From: Tubiluchus corallicola
Taxonomy: Eukaryota > Animalia > Priapulida
Assembly: GCA_030141605.1 (NCBI GenBank)
Contig: JAQGDQ010000211.1
Span: forward strand, 146,885 to 210,884
Reading direction: 5' to 3'
DNA: 64,000 bases
The notes beneath the pieces are model-generated. The model worked only from the letters and a program-made list of their open reading frames with translations, searched no databases and was not told where the DNA came from. The position numbers and the translations under genes were made by a program. Of the stretch, positions 14,689 to 26,555 are shown one piece after another; position 1 is the first letter of the stretch; each line of letters opens with the position of its first letter.

Positions 14689-15339
14689 TGTTAGAAGTAG
14701 AAAAAAGACTAAAACACATGATTGCATGTACAGTTGTGCTGACTTATAAGTTTAGCGGGCCCATACTTTCATACCTGCATAGTGTTATATACTTGCGTAG
14801 TGATATATAATGTAGAACATGTTTCACGAGGGGTAGAGCATTCTATTCCGCCTTTCTCTCTTTGTTTACCTGTACATGCTACAATTATCAGACGTATGAT
14901 ACGAGTTTCTAAATGCTATTGTTTGCATTTTAATCACACAAGCGTGTAGGCAAACACGTTTTCTTGATTTTTTTCCTGCGTGGGCTTCTTTGTGGAAGCC
15001 AAAGATTTGACATTGAAACGTTCATTACGTTAGAAGTAATTGCTGTGTGAATACAGCAATCCTACACACGCAAACTTTGCTCTATGATTATTATGATAAA
15101 AAACATTTCGTTCCACTTATTAGAGGCGGCTAAAGTGTGAAGAAATTTAATGAGTGTTCGAGTGTAAACGAATTAAACAATGCAAAACTAAACGTGTCAA
15201 AGAGAGAGAGAGAGAAATTAGGAGAGGCAGAGATCAGCACGTTCACGTACAAACAAGATTGACGTTAAGTTTAATTCATGCGTAAGTGCGTGCGCACGCG
15301 AATCAAAATACGATCAGGCGGTTGTCGTGAAATGTTTAG

Positions 15340-15973
15340 CGTGATCGGAGCTTTGCTAAAAGCATTCATAAATTCGAACGCAGAATAATCAAAGTAAGGT
15401 CAGACGGTTTTTGTCAAGTAATTGTTACTGCGTGGTCGGAGCTTTACTAAAAGCATGCGCAAATACGTACGCAAGAGCGTCAAAATGAGATCAGACAGCT
15501 TTTGTCAATTGTTTATGCATGGTTGGAGCTTTGCTAAAAGCATGCGTAAATGCAAACGCAGAAGAATCAAAAGAAGAGCAGACGGTTTTTGTTAAGTAAT
15601 TGTTTCTGTATGGTTGTAGCTTAGCTAAAAGCACCTACAAATGTTAACGCAAGAGAACCAAAATAAGTTCAGACGATTTTTGTCATTGTTCATGTGTTGT
15701 CGGAGCTTTGCTAAAAGCATGTATTAATGCAAATGCGATAAAAACAAAGTCACAGGATTTTTGTGAAGTAGTTGTTTGTATGTGGTTGGAGCTTTGCTAA
15801 AAGAATGTGTACGCAAGAGAGTCAAAATGAGATCAGACAGCTTTTGTCAATTGTTTATGCGTGGCCGGAGCTTTGCTAAAAGCATGCATTAATGTGTATG
15901 CAAGAGAACCAAAATAAGAGCAGACGGTTTTTGTCAGGTAACCATTTTTCTGCGGTTGGAGCTTCGCTAAAAG
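15340..15973. repeat. Diverged tandem repeat, about 80-91 bp unit, 7-8 copies
   Basis: GGAGCTTTGCTAAAAGCA recurs at roughly 88-bp spacing. Confidence 0.85.
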
Positions 15974-17774
15974 GTTTAATTTTAGTGGTTGACATTAAAG
16001 TTTAATACGTGCGTATATCAATTTTGTAATGACTTATTGAACAATTTTGAAAATCCACAAACATATTTTATTTCAGTAAATAATTTTGCTTCGCGAGCAA
16101 AGTTATCCTTCGAGGTCGGACATCCAAGTCTTGAACCTTCTGACTAAAGTAATTTAGTTGAATTAGACTAGACAATGCACACCAACACAGCCGAGCAACG
16201 TTCCTGAAACTTTTTGGTGACGCAACAGTGACGTCATCATCCCGCAAATTTCCCTGTCCCATGTTTCCATGTCCGTTCGTATGGGCTTCTGGCCATCAGT
16301 AATGCTATAACACATTTGGACAGTTATTATTTTAGTTTTGTAATGAAATTATGGCTTCTTCATAGCGTTTTTACACTAACTACGAGTGATTGGAGCAGTA
16401 GACTGACGTCCGTAGTTTCTTTTGTAATTTGACATTTGAAAGCCTAGTGCAGACGAGGATAGAAATTGTAACAGGGGAAATGATTTTTCATCTTGGTGGA
16501 AACTGCAAAAGCGTGGGCGTTTAAAACCGCTTGCCGTTTCCTGCCGTCTTCAAGTATTTGTTATCAGCCCGACTTTAATTTATTGTTTTAGCATCAAATT
16601 GCAAAGTCGTTACATTGCATTTGGCTGCGGAATGGAGTTGGATTGTCGTAATAAGATGCAAAAGGATTGTGAGTTCTTGGACTGGAAACCGGGCCCAGTC
16701 TCAAACTATAGCTCAAAACATTGTAAAATATTTAAACAGTACATACAATTTTTTCAAGAATGACTTACATAAAAGACTTTTTACCATCGTCATCATCATC
16801 ATTTGAACATTACGTCTATTGTAGACACTGGGTAGGCAGAACTAAATCTGTCCTCAAGACAGGTAAACACAGCAGATAATCCAGCAAAAAACCAGACACC
16901 GCTATGCTAGTGGCTTGTCAGCACCGCATCTGATTTAAAGAATGGTAATTTTGCGTTCACACGGCTAGTTAGGTGGGCGCTAGTACCGTTGCGTTGCTAA
17001 AAACAGGTGTTGTAGTTCTCAGTTCAGAGGTGTTCAGTTATGACGTGGTGCACGTGTACATAAGCTCATCAGTAAACTTGAAATTTGGATTTTAAACTTA
17101 AAATTTGTCGAGTTTTTGTACATCTCACTGAATGTTGTACAGTAGCACTGTACTTCAATTTTCGTTTTTGCAAACACGTGCAACACGTTTGTGCTCTTGA
17201 AAATTACGTTAGTTTGTGACGACATCGATAGTTGGGCTCACCCCGCCATTAATTAAATTTTAATCTATTATATAATGATCAGAAACGCTTTTGCAGTATT
17301 AATTGCGTTAAAATGTCTACTTTTTACCGTAACAAAAAGTGGGGTAGGACATGAATAATCATCGTGTTTTGCTTTTGCGTTTTCTTAAGGATGAAACTCG
17401 TTACAAAATCAAAAATACTTTCTACAACTATTTCTGTACTGGAAAACTCCTATTTCTGTTGTCAAGGGGCTCTTTATACACTTCCCTATGGGATAAGACA
17501 TGTTTCTGCTGGCTTCTGCTATGGATTGCGCCATATGAGAGAATTAAGGCGCGATTGAATTAAGACGGGCAATTCCACGGTTAGAGAGAAATGACCCTAA
17601 AATTTCAATTTGGTTTTTTCCATAATTTTTTGTGTTTGACTTAGTAAAAGGCACATTGAAGTTTCAGCGAAAGTATTTGTCAGGGTATGTGGTTAGTTTT
17701 AGATACTGAATTTAGCCACTTTTGAATGAGTGTGCATTCATGCAATATTTCTTTGGCAAAATCTGTATAATGAT

Positions 17775-17819
17775 ACACACGCACGCACGCACACACACCC
17801 ACCCACCCACACACACGCA

Positions 17820-17866
<47 letters not shown>
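17775..17866. repeat. (CA)n/(CACG)n microsatellite
   Basis: Direct reading. Confidence 0.95.
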
Positions 17867-17869
<3 letters not shown>

Positions 17870-19240
17870 GCCACTACCGTTCAAGATGAGTATTAGGTCT
17901 TTCCTTTGAACTTGAGTTCCAGTTTGTAGTGTAAAAAACGCCCTCACCGCGACTCGAACCGAGTGCTTTCTGACTCACTTGCTACGCATTATGCAATTTA
18001 CGTCATAATACTTGGTTTTACAGAGAGAAATGCAACATGCTAGTAATTTTGATTTAAGGTGTTTTAACTGCTGACTACAATTCACAACAGAATACATTAT
18101 ACTCCTGAGCACACAATACTCTCACTACACACTACTAGAGATTTTTTTACTAGACTTCCTTGTTTTTCTAATAAAAGAGCAACAGGAGCCCCTGGCATAA
18201 GGTTCTGATCTTGTTTGATTTGCAAAATAATAGTTTGCCCCCACAGTTTCTTGTTATAGATGGGATAGATTTACACGTCCTGTTGGATTAGATGCCTGCC
18301 TGAATTGAAGGTAGTTTTTAATGATCTTGCCTGTCACCATTGCCACAGATCATTAGTAGGAAAATGACCGGTGTAGAATGCTGTTGCTTGGGTAGAAAAA
18401 CAGATTTGTGTATTCATTTTCTTCACAGAGAAGCTCTGTACTGCAAGTGGTTCTTCGTGGCTTTTTTGTATATGGATATCAGTTTATCAATTGTATGTAC
18501 TGTAAACCAGTTTGTACTGCCACTTCACGAAATTGTGACAGAAACGAGTTTATTAAAAAACTTTAAAACATAAAAAAACATTAAAAGCATTTACAGAGGT
18601 TTTGAATGCACGTCTTAGAGGTTATCTACAGTGTCACAGAGGTTACAAAGCGTCCTTTTCCTTACAGTAGGTTCTGCCTGTGAAAAGTAATGACTGTTTG
18701 TAAACTCTGCGACACTGTAGATGACTGCTAGGCTGTGGAGTCAATTCGCCCGTATTGCTTTTAATGTTTTTTTATGTTTTAAAGTTTTTAATAAAGCAGT
18801 TTCTCTAACAAGACTTAAATTTGTTGCTGTACTTTTTAATGTGGAGATGATATGAAGCCATATAAAGTCTTATTAAAATAAAATTTTTGTAACAACCAAT
18901 TGGTAGTGTAAAAAAACGACCTCGCCGGGACTCGAACCGCGTGCTTTCTGACTCACTTGCTATGCATTATGCAATTTACGTCATAATACTTAGTTTTGCA
19001 GAGAGAAGAAGTTGACTTTGCACCAAAAAGTGACATTTGTTTTTTCTTTTTCTAAGACGAATGTTGTTGTCTCGTGTTTTTAATTCTTGGGCAACATCCA
19101 AATCTGTATAAAATCTATATGAGTCTACAATCAAACAGCAACAAGAATATATGTAGAAAATAGTTAAGTATTTTAAATGTAAACACAATAATAAAGTAAC
19201 ATAATTATATTGGGACATTTACACAAATCACAGGCAAATA

Positions 19241-20355
19241 CCGTATATACTTATGAACAAGTCGATGTGCATTTTAAGACTAAAGATTGCATCATTTTAT
19301 ATATTACCTGTATACAAGTCGACCCTGAAATATTGAAATCTTCCAGAGTAAATGATGTGGTTCATCACCTTCCCATTTGAAGAAAAAAACAATTTACTAA
19401 AATTAATAGTTGTGTTTTATATACGCGTGTTTGCTGGTACAGTCATACCTCCGCTGTCGAACGTCTCCGTACTCGTACAAATCGGTTTTCGTCTAGAAAT
19501 TCGAGTTGATTCGTCTCCGCTCTCGACCAGAATTTCGGTACTCGACCAACCGCCAAACACGTGACGAACACTTGCGCGGCGAGCCGAGTAGAGCCGAGAG
19601 TAACCGACCGCGCCCGAGAGCAGTCACGCACAAGATTTGAATCGCCTAACATCGCTAAGTGCTTTCTACGCTTATTTTCCTCCGCTTTTTCATGCAGGAA
19701 CAATTGTGTTTTTCTTTCAAAGTAATTCTATCTATTATGTTCATCAATTGTATCATATCTACTGTTTGAATAAACATTTTTGCATTATTATATTTCGTTT
19801 TAGTAATACTTTACAGTTCATTTGGTGCTTGAGAACGGATTATTTGCTTTTACATTATTTCTTATGAGAATAAATCATTCGGTACTCAACCAAATCGGTT
19901 TTCAAACACTTTTTAGGAACGAATTATGGTCAAAAACAGAGGTGCTACTGTAATCTATATTTTGTCAATAAAACACGCATTTTCAAGGCCAGTGTAAAAC
20001 TTCCTGGGGAAGCCGACAGCGCCGGTTTCCGTTTTCTGATTGAGTGCTCCGTCGTAGTTTACTTACCGGTAATATATAAATTTTAACTTAATTTCACTTA
20101 CATTAAAATAAATTACAGTTTATATTCATTAATTTTGTGAAATAATGTCAAGATGCGAACATTCTCTGATGTGAAGTATCACAGTATGAGTGTTTATTCA
20201 GTCCAGCGTATAACGTATTATTTCTTTACATATTCGTATTGTAGACGACTCTTTAGCGACTTCTCCCAAAAACATATCTTAAGTATAAGTCGACCCCAAA
20301 AATTTCACCTTGAAATCGCCTCCCAAAAACTCGACTTGTGCATAAGTATTTACGG
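19241..20355. mobile_element. Non-autonomous Tc1/pogo-type (CCGTA-ended) DNA transposon
   Basis: TIRs CCGTATATACTTATGAACAAGTCGA / TCGACTTGTGCATAAGTATTTACGG with TA TSD. Confidence 0.85.
19440..19950. mobile_element. Tigger/pogo-like MITE nested in the previous element
   Basis: TA-CAGTCATACCTC ... GAGGTGCTACTG-TA with subterminal repeats (AAATCGGTTTTC). Confidence 0.8.
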
Positions 20356-20444
20356 TACTTAAAAGTCAAAAAATTCACAATGAATGTCATTTGATGAAAT
20401 AATCAGTCTTGTCTAGAGACACAGTCATTATCGACTTCTTGGGT

Positions 20445-21050
20445 AATAAATGTTGTGTTTGGAGAATTGTCAACCTAGAATCCTTTAGCGGAGATTACAG
20501 ATTGATCTTTAAACTCATATTTTCTTGAGAATTGTATGTTTTACTAAAGTTTCACTACAGTACTGCTTTGGAAATGATGATTGCTTCACCTACATTTGGT
20601 CTGTAGACACCATCTTTTCTTTCAGTGCTCACGTTGTTGGGGTAATATTGCCTCGTGTAACTTAGATATCGGCTGTAATTTATAAAGTGTGGATTATTAT
20701 ACATATCCTGGTAGTAATTCCACCTTCCTCTGTTGTAATAATCAGTGTTGTGTTTGGAGAATTGTCAACCCAGATTATTGCGAATCATTTAGTGGAGACT
20801 GCAGAATCATCTTTAGTAGTTTCTGTAAACTGGTATTTGGAGGAATTGTACGATTACTAAACTTCACTACAGTACTGCTTAGGAAATGATGATTGCTTCG
20901 CCTACATTTGGTCTGTAGACACCATCTTCTCTTTCTGTGCTCACGTTGTTGGGGTAATACTGCCTCATGTAACTCGGATATCGGCCGTACTTTCTGAAGT
21001 ATGGATTATTATACATATCCTGGTAGTAATTCCACCTCCCTCTGTTGTAA
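20445..21050. repeat. Tandem duplication (about 300 bp unit, 2 copies) of the end of the secreted-protein gene
   Basis: 20571-20738 aligns with 20883-21050 and 20450-20570 with 20746-20880. Confidence 0.9.
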
Positions 21051-21562
21051 TTCCACTGATTTCTTGCCTCTCCTTGACCGTACAATGGCACTTGACTGCG
21101 AGCGTCCATTGGCAGCAGTTCTGGTTCGTCGTCGTTTAGCTGCAACGGAACCGCTCTGTAATTTTCGTAGGTAATTTCTTCTCTAGGTTGGTCTTCATGA
21201 TCTGTTTCGTCTGCACTGTCTTGATTTACAAATAGTTCCGTATGGTCGTCCGAATTCAGTTCACGATCACCACTGTTAGAAGGTTTCTCAAACGCAACGT
21301 CATCGGCATCATCATCATCGTGTATAGTGGCGGGGTTCATTGATCCTCTGAATGTAGCACTTTTGCTTGGACTGCCATTTAGATTCTTGTGCTGTTCATA
21401 CTTCAGCAGCATCCATTTCTGAAGCGGAGTTGTTCTTTGTTCCAAGTTCAGATCCGCCGGAGAAATTCTGGCTTCAAGCAGTGGAGATAGTTCATCTAGT
21501 AGCTCTCTTAACACTCGCTTCATCTTCCTTTGCTTTTGCCGCTGAAGCTTTTTTAACACAGC
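20879..21562 (-). CDS. Uncharacterised secreted precursor protein, second coding exon (227 aa plus stop)
   Basis: Longest non-repetitive ORF in the window. Acceptor tctgttttag at phase 0 joins in frame to 26277. Basic, acidic and Tyr/Asn-rich segments. An internal AAC|GTGAGC donor near 20945 could end the exon earlier. Confidence 0.8.
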   Translation of the reverse strand, partial: AVLKKLQRQKQRKMKRVLRELLDELSPLLEARISPADLNLEQRTTPLQKWMLLKYEQHKNLNGSPSKSATFRGSMNPATIHDDDDADDVAFEKPSNSGDRELNSDDHTELFVNQDSADETDHEDQPREEITYENYRAVPLQLNDDEPELLPMDARSQVPLYGQGEARNQWNYNRGRWNYYQDMYNNPYFRKYGRYPSYMRQYYPNNVSTEREDGVYRPNVGEAIIIS

Positions 21563-21929
21563 CTAAAACAGAATTTTATTCTGAAAATTTTTGGAAGGTC
21601 AATTCATCAGTTGCAGAATGTTTGGTGTAAAACGGGGCAAAAAAGACAAAGAGAAGATTTATTTACCATCACTCATTTAACAGACAACACGAAGGGTATA
21701 CGTTCCAGCGTTGGCAGGCGCTAGTCTCGAACTCAAGACTGCGTGGTTGCATTCGGAAATCTGAACCACTCGGCTACACAACCGAGGACTAATCATACGT
21801 TATACGTGGCACTGACCACGAAGATTTTTCATAACTTATGTCATTGTTTCCCAAAACCATTTACTGATTAAATCGCCAAATTTATGTGCTTACAAGATCC
21901 TATTCCTTTTCGAAAAAACAACGTGGATG

Positions 21930-22766
21930 TAGGGACGTTAACGACAACGATACCCGGGGTATCGATAATTATTGATTATCGTATTGATAGGAAAAATTCG
22001 TTTTTATCATAATCGTATCGATAATATTCTAAGAATGTCGTTATCGTATCAAATTTGGCTCATATCGTTGCGTATCGCTGACCTTTATAAAACTGCTTCA
22101 CTTTACTTTTCCATTTATTTCGAGTAATTCATCAAAAAAGTGGATAAAAAGAATCGTTTAAGATTATAAGACGCTGAATACACCGAGTCGTATTTTTAGC
22201 ATCATTTCATGGGAAGTTCATGGTCACGTGTAGCTGGCAGAGATAAATATTCTTATCGTAGTAATACGCTTGTATCTATGGCAGCTGTCTTATCTAAGAA
22301 TTCTTATCTCTCAGCTCTAGAAATTTATCCATGCTGAGATAAGCGATGCTGAGAGAGCACAATAGTATAATTACTATCTATAGGCCACACAGGTTCACTT
22401 ACTAGCAATAACAGACGTGGATTTGAGAAGCCAGCTGTTATAGTAGTTATAGTGCCTATGTTAATGGTGTGTATAGTACCACCATCTTAACCTAACTTAA
22501 TTTTTTAAGTGTTGAAATGCGAACAGTGTGTTAAAAATGTAATAATTAGATATCACATTTATATGGCATACAGCAGTGTGTGCCCTGAAGCACTTAAAAA
22601 TTTTAATTTTAATAATACTTTTCTAAATTGTCTTAACTCCAGTATCGTTTTTATCGCTCGAAATAATTTATCGTATCATAGTGTATCGGCTAAAAATAGA
22701 TTATCACGTATCGTTGGAAAAAAGTATCGTATCATATCGCCAAATCTTTATCGTTTAACATCCCTA
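21930..22766. mobile_element. hAT-type non-autonomous element
   Basis: TIR TAGGGACGTTAA / TTAACATCCCTA; 8-bp TSD (C/A)GTGGATG; TATCG subterminal arrays. Confidence 0.85.
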
Positions 22767-23510
22767 AGTGGATGTGCCTGTACCACGTGTTTATGGTTGT
22801 TTTGGGACTTTAATGAGTCTTAAGGAACTAACTTCTTCATTTACAGAGCTGCTTATCATTTAAACTGTTGTTTAAGTTGTCACCCAACTTGTCAGTGCTA
22901 CTGAAAAAAACGATGTTGTCAATAGAAATGCATTTTTGACCTTGAACTCTTGAACTGTTTGCCGCTGGATGTCTGTGCTACACCACCCATTGACTTGTTT
23001 CGTTTAGCATAACAACATGCATGAATTTGAGTTCCTAGCTGTGTGCTGTTTTCAAATGTTTCAAATTAGTTACTTAAAAGAAAATAATTCCTTAACCTTA
23101 AACCCCAACCAAGATCATTCATTGTTTGGTTATCATCCAATCAGAATCGGTAGCAACAATGATGCAGGTGGCCTGGTGATGACGAAAATGTGGAAAATTT
23201 CAGCATACTTTGTGTTGCATGATTTCGAGTTGCAATTTAATTTGTGTCGTTAAATTTCAAACTGTTTGTCTGATAATTATTATATGTTAATATGATTACT
23301 TAACAACGAGCATTTCTCAAGTGCAAACATAAAAAATTGGTTTTAAAATTCTTCGTTTTCTGAAGCGTTAATGTCAATTTAAATTCTGTTTTAATTAAAT
23401 TTCCTAATCCTTTTGTGATCTGAAAGGGCAGCGGGAGTTAAAGCATATTAAATATCATTACATACACGCATGTGAACAAAAGCTTCTAATTAAACATGTA
23501 GTTTTGTGCA

Positions 23511-25279
23511 CTGATTGTTTTTGATCAAGAACACTCATAGACTGTATCTGTAACACACTGTTGCTCTAATTGTTTTTTATCAAGAACACTCATAGACTGT
23601 ATCTGTAACACACTGTTGCTCTAATTGTTTTTTATCAAGAAGATTCATAGACTGTATCTGTAACACACTGTTGCTCTAATTGTTTTTTATCAAGGAGATT
23701 CATAGACTGTATCTGTAACACACTGTTGCTCTAATTGTTTTTTATCAAGAACATTCATAGACTGTATCTGTAACACACTGTTGCTCTAATTGTTTTTTAT
23801 CAAGAACATTCATAGACTGTATCTGTAACACACTGTTGCTCTAATTGTTTTTTATCAAGAACATTCATAGACTGTATCTGTAACACACTGTTGCTCTAAT
23901 TGTTTTTTATCAAGAACATTCATAGACTGTATCTGTAACACACTGTTGCTCTGATTGTTTTTTATCAAGAAGATTCATAGACTGTATCTGTAACACACTG
24001 TTGCTCTAATTGTTTTTTATCAAGAAGATTCATAGACTGTATCTGTAACACACTGTTGCTCTGATTGTTTTTTATCAAGAACATTCATAGACTGCATCTG
24101 TAACACACTGTTGCTCTAATTGTTTTTTATCAAGAACATTCATAGACTGTATCTGTAACACACTGTTGCTCTGATTGTTTTTGATCAAGAACATTCATAG
24201 ACTGTATCTGTAGCACACTGTTGCTCTGATTGTTTTTGATCAAGAACATTCATAGACTGTATCTGTAGCACACTGTTGCTCTGATTGTTTTTGATCAAGA
24301 ACATTCATAGACTGTATCTGTAGCACACTGTTGCTCTGATTGTTTTTGATCAAGAAGATTCATAGACTGTATCTGTAACACACTGTTGCTCTAATTGTTT
24401 TTTATCAAGAACACTCATAGACTGTATCTGTAACACACTGTTGCTCTGATTGTTTTTGATCAAGAACATTCATAGACTGTATCTGTAACACACTGTTGCT
24501 CTGATTGTTTTTTATCAAGAAGATTCATAGACTGCATCTGTAATCACACTGCTGCTCTGATTGTTTTTGATCAAGAACACTCATAGACTGTATCTGTAAC
24601 ATACTGTTGCTCTAATTGTTTTTATCAAGAAGATTCATAGACTGCATCTGTAATCACACTGCTGCTCTGATTGTTTTTGATCAAGAACACTCATAGACTG
24701 TATCTGTAACACACTGTTGCTCTAATTGTTTTTATCAAGAAGATTCATAGACTGCATCTGTAATCACACTGCTGCTCTGATTGTTTTTGATCAAGAACAC
24801 TCATAGACTGCATCTGTAACACACTGTTGCTCTAATTGTTTTTATCAAGAACATTCATAGACTGCATCTGTAATCACACTGCTGCTCTGATTGTTTTTTA
24901 TCAAGAAGATTCATAGACTGCATCTGTAATCACACTGCTGCTCTGATTGTTTTTGATCAAGAACACTCATAGACTGTATCTGTAACACACTGTTGCTCTA
25001 ATTGTTTTTATCAAGAAGATTCATAGACTGTATCTGTAACACACTGCTGCTCTGATTGTTTTTGATCAAGAACACTCATAGACTGTATCTGTAACACACT
25101 GTTGCTCTGATTTTTTTTATCAAGAAGATTCATAGACTGTATCTGTAACACACTGCTGCTCTGATTGTTTTTGATCAAGAACACTCATAGACTGTATCTG
25201 TAACACACTATTGCTCTGATTTTTTTTATCAAGAAGATTCATAGACTGCATCTGTAATCACACTGTTGCTCTGATTGTT
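23511..25279. repeat. 55-bp minisatellite, about 32 copies, in the intron of the secreted-protein gene
   Basis: Unit CT(A/G)ATTGTTTTTTATCAAGAACATTCATAGACTGTATCTGTAACACACTGTTGCT. Confidence 0.97.
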
Positions 25280-26276
25280 CGACACAGAATTGAGAGTTCG
25301 ATTCAGAGTTTTTGAAAATTTTATCGTGCAACTATCTCAAAAGCGTCATGAGCTCATTTTTTGCTTTCGTGTATCAGAGCTGGGACATCAAAATATCAAA
25401 CTATTTAAAAGAATCCAAAGGTTCCTCTGCAATATGCACTTGATTGTCTTCAAGGGAAATGTAAAAACTTATTGGTTCAGTTGTATATGGCACAGATTCC
25501 AAAGAAAAACCACGAACGCCTTGATTAACCAGTGAACTTTTTACCTTCTTAAAGCACAAGAAAACCCTCCACTTACATAAAGCTTAAAAAATTCGTCCTG
25601 AAATGTTACACCACTTACGTACTGCTTTGCATGCACGGTTTGCGTCGACAGTAACGCTGTATAAAACATGTAAATTTAAACTGTGGCGATGACCGTTAGA
25701 CGCAGCCATTTTAATGGTAGGTCGTTTGGTACAAATTTAGGTAACATTGCGTGAAGTTTGAAGGAACTAACAGAGCATTCGTAGCTGACAAATATTACTA
25801 ATTGAAATTTTAAATTACTGTATCTTGTCAATAATATTAAAAATACGTTTTTGGTTAGTGAGTGGCGCACCCTGGAGGAACAGTATTACGGGAGGTTTAA
25901 AATGAAAACAAACAAAAATTCCTTTCAACACGAGTACGATATATGTATAAAATTGCTGTAAAGTAATATAATTTTTTAGGGCGATGTTTCTGAAAGCTAC
26001 TTCACGTACTACGTTTCTTGTAATTGAATGATTTTGGTGCTCCAGCTTAAAAACATGAATTTAAGATGCTACTCAAGCTGAATTGGTAAACTCTCTAGAA
26101 AATCTTCACCAATTAGCTTCTCATGAATTGAACTTTTATAAGTTATCATCTTCTTTTGTACAATTACAGCTATTGTCTAAGGAAATTGTTCTATATAAGT
26201 ATTCAAAAGTGAATAAGTGCAATACATTACGATGCAGTAACCAACTTCATGTGAAATAGACAATGTGCAAACTTAC

Positions 26277-26555
26277 TTTTAAATACAGCGGCATATCCTG
26301 CTGCAGTTTATCAACGTGAACACCTTGATACAGTGCAGTTCCTAATCGTCTGCCTGTCGTTTCATTCTCTAGTTCATTGTTAGTAGCACGTTGCAATGCA
26401 TTTAGCACAAGCTTGTTAACGTAATTGCCACTGTTTGGCAAAGTTCTTGGCGGCCATTTTGTGTAAGACACGAAATCCTGGTATTTGTACGCACCGGACT
26501 TGCAGGCTGACAGGACCACTATTAATATACACAGAGATGTCAATGGGGAGTCCAT
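26277..26555 (-). CDS. Uncharacterised secreted precursor protein, first coding exon (93 aa, signal peptide MDSPLTSLCILIVVLSACKSGA)
   Basis: ATG is 1 nt after a polypyrimidine acceptor (ctctctttcattacag G ATG). Hydrophobic N-terminus; perfect gtaagt donor at phase 0. Confidence 0.8.
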
